Positions 26,153 to 37,059 of a stretch of DNA of 64,000 nt are shown one piece after another. A program made the position numbers and the translations under genes. Below the pieces are notes generated by a model. That model made no database searches. It had not been told where the DNA came from and was given only the letters and a program-made list of their open reading frames with translations. Source of the DNA: Eledone cirrhosa. Taxonomy: Eukaryota. Within the stretch, counting starts at the first letter, position 1, and each line of letters opens with the position of its first letter. The stretch covers positions 281,914,001-281,978,000 of the forward strand of contig OZ024741.1 in assembly GCA_964016885.1 (NCBI GenBank). Direction: 5' to 3'.

Positions 26153-27816
26153 GTCTTAATGTCCTGTACCACATGAAACCGTATTAGTGAGATATGTTTG
26201 AAAAGTACAGAATTAGTCTTTATTCTTATTTTAGAATTTATTCATTAAATAAGATAGTAAAGAGTATATAATAAATATTGAAAGGAAAAAGATAGAAGAA
26301 AAAAAAGAAGAAAAAGAAAACAAATTAAGCAATGAAAGACAAGGAAAGTGGGGATGAAGCTACAAATTGCACCCCTGAGCCCAAGCAGTATTCTTCAGCT
26401 GCATTCCACAGACAAAATGGTGAAGAATTGCCAATGACACATGCCGCAGAAATCATTGTACTTCACAAGGCTTCTTCCTCAGTCTTCTTGATTTTGTGGA
26501 GAAAAAAAAGTTCAGGGACCGAGGACACAAAAAGAAAGGTGTTGATGAAGCCCTGGTATTTGGTTATCTATTTCTCCTCTGTAGTGCTTATGTTTGTGGC
26601 TGAAGCAACAAGGCTGGAGGTGGAGAACAAGTCACAACACATTGCGTCCTAGATTAGGGATTTATCTCCTTCAAATGGGAAAAGAGTTATCCAATCTGAC
26701 CACTTATCCTCACCATGGTTGAGGCCAGCTGGCTCCAGTTGTGATGGGAAGCCAGTTGCGGTTCCTTTTGATTATGTCACTCAGAGTGGCATGTCGAGGG
26801 AACTGATCTGCACTATGGCAGCATGATAGCGAGTACACACCAAACTTGTCAACAATTTCAGATTTTCACAATGATACTATATACATTTGAATTACTGTTT
26901 ATATTAAATAATCCTCCCACTCCCACCAACACCACCTCTGTAAAGTTATGTTGGTACCACAACATCCAGTCCAAACTAATGAGGTTGTGTAGGTGTCACG
27001 ACAAAAAACACACAATCCACACTGTAATGTGGCCATGTAGGTAACACGGTAAAAAGCTCCCAGTCCACACTGTAAATGTGGTTGGTGTTAGGAAGGGAAT
27101 CCAGCAGTAGAAAACCTTCCAGATAGTCCTATATGAGCAAGACACGGTCACCCAACCAATCTTGCCTCAAGTGGGACAATTCCCGTCTAACCCATGCTAG
27201 CGTGGAAGATAGACGTTAAATGATGATGATGATGATCCTGATTGAAATGTAAGTCAACCTCCCTATTTTATATCTGAGAAATAGGCAAAACTCCAAAACT
27301 GTTACCATCTGAACACATTATGTTCAGATGGTAACAGTTTTGAAATTCTCATGAGTGGAGGATATATTTATGAAGTTTTAATATACTGATATACAAATTG
27401 TTTTAAGTGTCATTCAGAGTATAGTTTTTGTTTTACAACTCCATTATGTAATGATTTATTATTAATTTCCAACAATTTTGAAAGCCATATTCATTCAAAA
27501 GATAGTAGGAAATAGGAATTTCACATCAAAAGTGAAACCATTATAATATTCATTTCTAAAGTAAAACTGGTGTAATATTCACCCCCAAAGTGAAACCAGT
27601 GTGATATTCAACTCCAAAGCTAAAACATGTAAGCACCTCATTCACGTAGAATTTTGAAGTTGGTGAAAACCGGCAAAATATTGACCTCAAATATAAACTG
27701 ACCCTCCATTCTACCATCAAATTTTTGTCACATATTTCTTGGCTTATATATGAGTATTTACAGTAACAAACCCATTTTTAGATATTTTCTGCTAAATCAT
27801 TTCAGGATGTTAAAAG
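26153..27816. mobile_element. TTAA-flanked MITE with nested insertions, splitting a family A SINE
   Basis: TTAA at 26149-26152 and 27817-27820; ends match 7747-8048. The SINE head ends at GTTCAAACCCTGCAGATGTTAA and its core resumes after 27820. Confidence 0.7.
26910..27237 (+). mobile_element. RTE 3' UTR-only fragment with (GAT)n tail
   Basis: Near-identical to 40460-40805. Confidence 0.85.
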
Positions 27817-28730
27817 TTAATTTTACATTTCATTTTTCTGTGGGTTGATAAATAAAGTGCCAGTCAAGAACAAGTGAACAGGCAAAATTATTAGGGCATC
27901 AGACAAGATGCCTTGTGACATTTGTTCTGGGATCTCTTTGCATTCTGAGTTCAAATCCTTCCATGATAGACTTAATTTGTCATTCAGTTCAACATGGCTC
28001 TTAGATGCCTTTAGTGGAATCCTCTCTGTTGTAAATATTCGGCCCAGTTCAGCAGTTTGAAACTCTCCTTTCCCCACCCAACCAGTGTAAACAATAAAAA
28101 AAAAATGCAAAATTAAAATTTGCATAATGATCAAGATGGAGGTTAAATTTGATATCAGTTGTAAACCCAACTTCCAGGTGATTATGTTTGTTTGCAAAAG
28201 TAATAAGGTGATTAAAAAATGATATTGTGTTTGATGGCAATGCACCCGACTTATTTATTTATTTATCTATATATTTAATCAATTTAACGTCGGTATAGAG
28301 CAAATAAGCCATGACAGACTTCAGAAAGTATCTAGTACTTCTTACAGTTGAGAAACAAAAAACAAGATAGACAGAGATAAGTCAATATAAAAAATAAAAT
28401 AAAAATGAATATAAAATATAAAAATTACAACAGGAAGTTTCAACAGGAGGCAGAATATGTATAAAAATATATGAAGAAAAAATGTAGAACAAGAGAAACT
28501 GTATAACAGCTAGAAGTTTCTGTTGTTGAATCTTTTCATAACCTCCGTGTACTCAAAAATTAAAATGTGTACCCACTTGCGAGTCCAGTTTGCAATATTG
28601 TATAAATCATGGTTTTGTAAGATAGCACCAATACAGGAGCCAGTGGTAATAACAATATTAGCATAGTGTAAGTTATATCGAAATATAATCAGAAGAAACC
28701 ACTGAATCAGGATCAATAATACTATCACAA

Positions 28731-28919
28731 TAATTGTTTCTACTTTTGGCACAAGGCCAGCAATTATCCCAGTACATTACTGGTACTTTATTTTATCGAC
28801 ACCATAAGGATGAAAGGCAAAGTTAACCTCGGCGGGATTTGAACTCAGACCATAAAGGGCCGTAACTCTTTGCTGCAAAGCATGGTGTCCGACCCTCTAC
28901 CGATACTGCCAATCCACCG
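28731..28919 (-). mobile_element. Family A SINE
   Basis: Full-length match to the consensus. Confidence 0.9.
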
Positions 28920-29127
28920 ATAATAATCATGGCAAGATACCCAGGGGTTGACCCTGAGATAGATGGTTGGAGGACATCCATGAGCATGGCTGGTCTTGCT
29001 TAGGGATCCAGCTGGATTAGTTGGAGACAATTGCTTCTAACAGGACCCGTTGCAAGGAGTGTTTGGGGACTCTTTCCACACGACACCCTCAGGAATAAGT
29101 GGGTGAAGAAAAACAACAAAAAATAAG

Positions 29128-30190
29128 GTTGCTGTTGTTACTGTTATTATTATTGTTTTCATTGTTGTTGATGACACTGTTGTTGTCATTGTTGTTGTTG
29201 TTGATGTTGTTGTTGATGACACTGTTGTTGTCATTGTTGTTGTTGTTGATGTCACTGTTGTTGTCATTGTTGTTGTTGATGTCACTGTTGTTGTCATTGT
29301 TGTTGTTATTGTTGATGTCACTGTTGTTGTCATTGTTGTTGTTGATGTCACTGTTGTTGTTGTTGATGTCACTGTTTTTGTCATTGTTGTTGTTGTCATT
29401 GTTGTTGTTATTGTTGTTGTTGTTGTTGTTGATGTCACTGTTGTTGTTGTTGTTGATGTCACTGTTTTTGTCATTGTTGTTGTTGTTGTCATTGTTGTTG
29501 TTATTGTTGTTGTTGTTGTTGTTGTTGATGTCACTGTTGTTGTTGTTGATAACACTGTTGTTGTTGTTGTTGTTTTCATTGTTGTTGATGTCACTGTTGT
29601 TGTCATTGTTGTTGTTGTCATTGTTGTTGTTGTCATTGTTGTTGTTGTTTTTGTCGTTGTTGTTGTTGTTGTCATTCTTGTTGCTGTTGTTGTTGTTGTT
29701 TTTTGTCATTGTTGTTACTGTTGTTGTCATTGTTGTTGTTGTCATTGTTGTTGTTGTCGTTGTTGTTGTTGTCGTTGTTGTTGTTGTCGTTGTTTTTGTC
29801 ATTGTTGTTTTTGTTGTCATTGTTATTGTTGTTGTCATCATTGTTGTTGCCATCAATGTTGTTGATGTCACTGTTGTTGTTGTTGTTATTGTTGTTGTTG
29901 TTGTCACTGTTGTTGTTGTCATCAATGTTGTTGTTGTTGTCACTGTTGTTGATGTCATTGTTGTTTGTCATTGTTGTTGTTGTTGTCATCATTGCTGTTT
30001 TTGTTGTCAATGTTATTGTTGTCAATGTTGTTGTTGTCATCATTGCTGTTGATGTTGTCGTCATTGTTGTTGATGCCACTGTTGCTGTTTTACTGTTACT
30101 CTTATCATTGCTGTTGATGTTGTTATTGTTGCTGTTATTGTTTTCATTGCTGTTGATGTTACTGTTGTTATTGTTACTGTTACTCTTTTA
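29128..30190. repeat. ~1.1-kb compound (GTT)n microsatellite with GAT-GTC-ACT and GTC-ATT interruptions
   Basis: Direct read; explains the poly-T/N/L ORFs. Confidence 0.95.
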
Positions 30191-30444
30191 ATTGCTGTTG
30201 CTACTGGGTTTTTTTTTGATAGCTCCAGTATGGCCCATCACAGAATTGATCAAAATGTTACGACCACTTTAAATGTAAATTTCTGACTACATACCGACCA
30301 TTTGCATTTTTCATTAGATATTTTACTAAACCCCTCCAAATTCTTGATTATTTAAAAAGTTATTTGAGAATTATTGACAGTGTCTTTCATTAGAAATATG
30401 GTAATGAAAATCATTAATAGATTTGTGGTGTTTTTGTTTTCTAG

Positions 30445-30525
30445 GTGTGCAAAAGCAGTGGGAATTGCCATTGTGATGCAAGCTATGGACCCTCTTATTG
30501 TGACAAAGAAAGAAAAGTTGGCAGG
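30445..30525 (+). other. Candidate exon or pseudo-exon encoding an ADAM-type EGF-like domain
   Basis: Acceptor TTTTTGTTTTCTAG then in-frame VCKSSGNCHCDASYGPSYCDKERKVG (C-x4-N-C-H-C-x8-C). No strong donor; repeat sequence follows. Confidence 0.6.
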
Positions 30526-31058
30526 GTCTTTCATTAGAAATACAGTAAATAAGGGTTAAAAAATGACCTCTGACCCAGAATAATATGCCAACTACACAAC
30601 AGAGACAGGATAGTTATGAATAAAGCTCTAAATAAACAAAGCAAACTTTATTCATTTGGGACAGAAACATTATTTTCAACCAATGCTAGAGTGATAAGAA
30701 AGTTAATCTGCTCCAGCTTAAGCATCCATAAATTACAAGAAAGAAGCTATACATATTTTATTCTTAAAGAGAGAATCACAAGCAAAATAGAGTCCTTTAT
30801 GGCACCTGAATGTCGGGAAGATGAAAGATTTGGCAAAATAATGGCACATAGAAAATTGAAACAACTTGCCTCTGTAGTTTAGAAATCTCTGCTTGTTAAG
30901 GAAATAACCTCATTTCCGAAAAAATTGAAATTTCGTGGAATGTGTCCATGCATGAGTGGAATAATATTATAGCACTAAGTGACTCAAAACAGCAAAAAGT
31001 AATTGATGGTAATGGTGTGTGTGTGTGTATGTATGGACATATATATGTGTGTGCACAG

Positions 31059-31150
<92 letters not shown>

Positions 31151-31227
31151 AGGATTATACCAGTTTTAAACTAGTAAGATTATTTTGCAATCTACTCAAT
31201 ACTTGGGATAGTAGAGTATAAATATAG

Positions 31228-31340
31228 TAGAGAGTCAGGGGCCCAATGGCTGAGCTCTTGCCATTTCAACAGCAAATTCCAGAGTCTGGAATTTGCAGTC
31301 AAAACAGCAAGAGCTCGGCCATTGGGCCCCTGACTCTCTA
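31228..31340. repeat. 113-bp fold-back element (MITE-like)
   Basis: 34-bp inverted arms TAGAGAGTCAGGGGCCCAATGGC.GAGCTCTTGC plus an inner GCAAATTCCAGA/TCTGGAATTTGC hairpin. Confidence 0.8.
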
Positions 31341-31995
31341 TTATATATACTAACACACACACACACACACACACATATGCACACACACCCATACACACAC
31401 ACACACACACAAACATATATATATACATATTTATTTCATATGGAAATGATATCTATAGTGACTAGGAGGACTATTTAATATGTTGGATATCATCAGGGAT
31501 GTCCATGCTAAAGAAACAGTTCTAGTTCTGTAGAAGCCATTTCTATATGAAATAAATATGTACATTCTCTATTAATGTATTGAGTACCTTATTTAACTGT
31601 GGTTTCTTCTTGATCCACTTTTGAAATCCATTCTTAATTATTTATGGATACATATACATTTATGTATATATGTGTTTGTATTTGTGTTTATAGACACACA
31701 CACACACATATATATAGGCCTTGGCATGGCATAGCAATAGGGATAGATGATGATGAGAAGATGAGAGGTCAATGGAGAGCCATATATGTAGGAGAGAGAG
31801 AGAGAGAGAGAATGATAGCCAAGCAATTGAATGTGAGTAAAATGGATGCCCTTCCTCATGACAATACCACCAAAGTGGGAAGTAAGTCAAAAGATAGACG
31901 GTGGAGATGTGTAGATAGAAGGTGTGGGAGGTGATAATGAGAATAGAATGTATGGTCCCATAACTCCTGAGGGAGTCGTAGGGGTGCTGCATTTA

Positions 31996-32084
31996 CATAC
32001 AACATTTCTAGGGTATTGTTTGAACATACAACATTTCTAGGGTATTGTTTGAACATACAACATTTCTAGGGTATTGTTTGAACA
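31996..32084 (+). repeat. Three perfect tandem copies of a 29-bp unit
   Basis: CATACAACATTTCTAGGGTATTGTTTGAA at 31996, 32025 and 32054. Confidence 0.95.
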
Positions 32085-32515
32085 CAGTAGATTTTTTCAT
32101 AGAGAAAGAGAGAGAGAATGGAAGTGGTAAAGAGATAGAGAGGAAGAATCAACCCTAATACTAGACTGGTACCTTTTTTATTGACCCAAATGGATGAAGG
32201 ATAAAGTTGACCTTGGCAACATTTGAATTCAGAAACGAATACCAAAAAGCATTCTATTTGATGTTCTAACGACTCTGTCAATTCGCTGTCATAATGAGAA
32301 TAGCAGTAATGACCAATCATTGAAGGCCCAGATGCTACACTGCACTGTATGATGGCATTACTCATAGAAAGTAATAGATGAGAGGGTGATGGGTAGATAT
32401 GAAAGTATATATAGTACCACATGTCACCAACCATTGCAATATGTTATTCACATCATTACTTTATTTCTAATTCAATACACTCTGTCTGTGTTTAAATTTT
32501 TTTTTTTTAAATAAT

Positions 32516-32738
32516 GCTTTCTGATTTGGGCATGAGGCCAACAATTTTATGGGAGGGGAAAGTCGATTAAATCAACCCCAGTGTGTTACTGGTACTTTAT
32601 TTTATCGACCCCCCCCCCCCCCCATAAGGATGAAAGGCAAAGCTAACCTCAGTGAAATTTGAACTCAGAATGTAAAGGGATATAACTCTATGCTGTGAAG
32701 CATGTTGTCCAATGCTCTGCTGATACTGCCAATCCACC
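32516..32738 (-). mobile_element. Family A SINE; an older copy lies at ~32160-32285
   Basis: Reverse complement of the consensus. Confidence 0.85.
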
Positions 32739-32759
32739 AATATTCTAAACATCAGCTTA

Positions 32760-35700
32760 TTATTTTTGAAAATAACAAGCTGATATTTAGAATATGTATA
32801 TATTTTAATTGTTGTTTAGGTAATCATGTATATATGTATGAGATGAAAGAATGGTATTTAACTAATGTATTGGTGCGCGATGGGGCCCACCCACAGCCCC
32901 GGCAGACAGAATGGAGTAGGCATTTCTCCGGAGGACGGCAAGGGAGATGCGCTGGAAAAGCCACTCCAACTTGCGGAGCTCACACCTATGGCTGGCCAGC
33001 TCAGCGCCTTTGGTGGTGAGTAAGGAGGTAGCCCTGGAGCCGAGGACACCAGAAGTTTCCATTGCCAGGGGAACGACCGCAAACCTGTCGGAGAGCAACC
33101 GGTATTTGGGGAGTTTGGCCCCCTCAGCCCGACGTGCAGCAGAACCTGGGTCAGTCGCAGACTACACCAGGTTGCGGCTGCAGAAAGTGTCGGTGCATAT
33201 GGCATCCCAGACGAGGGGTTTGCCACCGCGGAACGGGAAGATGGTCAAGCCATCTGGCCTTTTGCCGACCCCTCGATCAAGCCCCACCGGCTTGAGCTGG
33301 GAAGGGGCCTCTGCAGCGTCCAAGCCATGCTTAATGACCTCGTTGAGGGCAGTATGGCATGGAATGCGGCCGGCACTGTGGCGACAGGAAAGCGGGTGGA
33401 GGTCGAAAGAGTCCACGGTGGAACCGGAGAGACATTGGTGTGGCTGGCAGATCCGGAGGCCGAGCCTCAAGGGAATGCCGATTCGCAGGCTATGGTTGTC
33501 TAGCTGTGTTCCAGTGGAGAAGGAGGGCAGAGCATGGAGCCAGGCACCACTGTGGGGTTTGGAGGCCGCACGAAAACAAGCAAGGCGGTGCTGGTCGAGC
33601 TGGCGCGTGAGCCTGTCTGAAGCCAGGCTGCACTGGATGGCATCCCAAGTGCGTAGGGGGACTTGACGTCAACGAGGGGAAAAGGAGGAGGGACGTCTAC
33701 TGAGCTAAGTCCCAGCCGGTCCCACGTCTCACAGGCGGCCTCACGTTCTCTGAACACAGAGGGTTCTGTTGTGTTTTGAAGAACCCTGCTGACGAGGACG
33801 CGGCATGAGGTTACCGACGAAAGATACGCCGGCAAAGCTAGTGAGATCGGGGCCCGGAGGCCTAGGCTGTCATACCTGACAGGTAAAGTGGCCTGTTGCC
33901 ACCCTATGTCGTCAAACTTGACGTTGCATATCCCCTCGGCTGCTGCTCGGATACAAGTATTGAGGTCAGCGAGGAAAGATGTCTGGGTGTAGCATGGAGT
34001 GCTTCGGAGTGTATAGAGGAGCTTCAGCATGGCAAAGCAGTTCCTCAGCAGTAAGAGGGCTGGGTGGCCGTCAATCAAGCCCAGTCGGCTCGTGAGAGTC
34101 TCGAGCTGTTGAAGCCTGAACCTGATGGTGGAGCGGATGGCCGGCGGGTGGATCGGTGACCCGAGGATGAGGAGATCCTCTTTGGGGGTCACCTGAACCT
34201 GGCGGAGAATGGACCGCACGTCCAAGACGGAGGCTGCAAAGCTCGCAGCATCGAGGCTGACGTTCACCACCTCCGACTTGGCCGATTTGACCTGGAGGCT
34301 GATTCCCGCCAGGGCAGGAATCACCGATTGAAGGTCTTGGCAGACCGTCCATATGGGCCCGCCCAACGTATCATCCAGATACCAAACATTGAGAGGGGCC
34401 ATGATACTCCGGGCGATGTGGTCAATACCAAGGGCGAACAGGAGGGGTCCCAAAGGGTCGCCCTGTTGGACCCCAGTAGCCGAGGGTATGACCGTATCAG
34501 CAGCTAGGAGCATGCTCGGGGCTCCATATGACAGGTAGGCCAGTGGGTAGGCAGAGGGGGCTCGGCTGAGGCAGGCCTCGAACAGATGATCCCGGCGTAA
34601 AGAGTTAAAGGCATTCCTCATGTCAAGCTTGACAATGAGGTGCCTGGAGTCCCTGGATGCCGGTACCGATAGGCAGCTGCTGAAGAACTGCCTGATTGCA
34701 TGAGAGGCTCCCTCACAGCCACCGGACACGCCAACACCCAGTTGCACTGGATTAACTCCTCACCCAGTTCGTGTGTGACAGACTTGCAGATCACCTTGGC
34801 AGCCAGCCTCCGGAAGACATTGCCCACAGCAATGGGGCGTATGCCACCCTCTTTCTTCCTGAGAGCGGTGAGGCTGGCCGAATAAAAGAGGCCTCGGGCG
34901 TAAGGGTCGAGGGCACCATGAATGAGCCTATTGGTGAGCGCCACAATTGCACTCAGAAGGCGGCGCCCAGCCTCAGTGGAGAGGGGGGATGTCAACTCCT
35001 TGAGGTGGCCTGGTCAGAGACCATCAACATCTCCGCAGCTGCTAGCTGGGAAGGACCTGATGGTGGACATGATATCTGCATCAGTAGCCACAAGGAGCAG
35101 GTGGGGGTTGGGTGGGGGTATGGGTCTGAGATCAGTGGGTGGCTCAGGGTGTTTGAGCAACTCTGACTGCGGCCGAGACATCACCCATGATAAGCTTTGC
35201 GTTTACCTGGTCACGCAAACGCTTGGCGCTGGCCTCGGGGGTGGAGGATAGGGGGTACCTGAGGGTGGGGTGTGTGGCTTCCCTGGGCACGCTTGGAATG
35301 GGCGCTCGCCCAAATGACGAGACATTGGCCTTGATGAAGGCTGCTGTTGACCGGCCGCCCCGGTCAGCGCCAGAGCTGGGGCGAAATAGAACAGTCGCTC
35401 CCAGTCACTGGCTCGATTGGAGTCCAGGGCGCTCTCAATCGAAGAAGCGAGGGCATCGGCTACCGGCACTCGTGCCGCTCTCGGGATCCTGAGTGGGATC
35501 TTCCTGAGCCGCCTGAGCCGAGTGATGTTGATCAGCGAGGCTCGGGCATCAGGCAAGCTCGCTGTCCCATATGGTGGTGTGCCAGACGGCCATGGCTGGG
35601 AAGACGTGGGGAAGAGGCAGCTCCTGCACCTCCACACTGCGAGTCAAGCCAACGCAGGTGAAGTGGTGGAAGCTGCCGCACCCCAAACAGTTCCGACCCC

Positions 35701-36060
35701 TCTTCCGTTTGTTAGTACTGCCGCAAGTGCTGCAGGTGTTGATTTGGAGAGTTGGGGGATGGGGCATGGGATCGGGGACTGGGGCACCGAGTGGCATCAG
35801 GGGTGGGTGGCTGGTGTGTGTGGTTGGAAGGGAAAGTGCTGGTAAGAGGGCAGCATAGCTCACCTATATATATATGGACGTGCCAGAAAACTAGAGCGAA
35901 AAGGGGCTGCATGGAGGGGGAGACACAGGAGGGTAGAATGGCAGTAAATGAATGAGTGAATGGATGGATGTACACAAAAAAAAGGGGGGGGACAAGGGGT
36001 TGTTCCGAGCGGAAAGACCCAGAGTTCAGCACGCACACATGCGAGCAACTGAGCAGTTTG
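32760..36060 (-). mobile_element. Near full-length CRE/SLACS-like RLE non-LTR retrotransposon, frameshifted
   Basis: N-terminal PHD finger; RT motifs GIRPIAVGNVFRRL, QLGVG, KLDMRNAFN, GVQQGDPLGPLLF, WYLDD; CCHC plus RLE motifs HPLSC..HTALN..RPDGLT..LVWDAICTDT; visibly GC-rich. Confidence 0.9.
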
Positions 36061-36329
36061 TCAAAGACAATATTCTCAATGGACGCGCTTACAATATTTG
36101 AATATAACTGAACCGTCGTGTCATTTAATTTGAAAAGTGGAGCAAAGTAAAAGGAAAATAGTGAATTTGGAGTGTCAATCCCTTGTGATTTTTTTTTTTT
36201 TTTTTTTTTTTCAATACTGGACTTACAGTTTTCCAGGATTTATACTCATTTTTTTTTTTTTTTTTTTTTTTTTCCTTCAAAAGGATGGAGGCGTTTTATC
36301 TCCTCATGAAACTGACATTACTTAATGAT

Positions 36330-36960
36330 GTTCGTCATCTATGACTTATTCATATGTATTATTTCATAACTCTATAGAACTATTAGAATGTTTGTGCAGT
36401 GTTCTGTGTCCAGCCAGATTTGTACAACAGGTAAAAAAAATGATGATTCAGTGACGGTTTCTTCTGATAGGAGCCTCTTCCACGTCGGAAGATGGAAGTG
36501 TGTTTTCTTGTCTTCTTCAATACTTTCATAAACGGCTTCGGAGATTTAAAACTTATGTTTCAATTGGTGCTTCCATTTCCACACGGTTCTATTGTCTTAT
36601 TTACAAAAATATATATTTCTATACATTTCTTTATTTATTTCTCTTCTTTTAGTATAATATAGCAAGTTGTCACCAGTGTTAGTCAGAATAAGAATTAAGA
36701 GAGGAAAAGTTCAGGGAGCTGTTATATCGACTGTGAAATATATATATATATATATATATTGGTTCCCAAGGACAGAATCTATCTATCTAAATTATCTTAC
36801 GGACGACCTGTTGATTTTGAGAATGTAAGCATCGTCTTCCATATTCCGCAGTCTTCCCAATGAGCAGTGTTTTTAAACTCCGAGATATGCTAGTCTACAA
36901 TTCAAATTCCCCGTTTGTTTCTCTCAGATTTTTAATTAATATTTACATGTTTTTAAATGA
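36330..36960 (-). mobile_element. Possible highly decayed CR1-like LINE fragment
   Basis: Only weak motif remnants on the minus strand (LRNM/EY.., IEPCGN, FMKSIEE). Confidence 0.3.
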
Positions 36961-37059
36961 TTTGTCTCATTCTGTTGGACTCTTCCTAAATCAAATCCTT
37001 CTCCTAAAGTTACCCATTTCCCACCCTCCCTCCCCCACACACCACCATTGCTAATGGTC

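Noticed and set aside
29037-30191. Long poly-Thr/Asn/Leu ORFs (mucin-like)
   Set aside because: Open in several frames on both strands because of the (GTT)n microsatellite.
31996-32084. 29-bp repeats of CRISPR-like length
   Set aside because: Head-to-tail with no spacers, in a eukaryotic context with no cas genes.
32738-36076. CAATATTCT on both sides of the CRE element as a target-site duplication
   Set aside because: The left copy is not adjacent to the apparent tail, and 9 bp of AT-rich sequence can match by chance.
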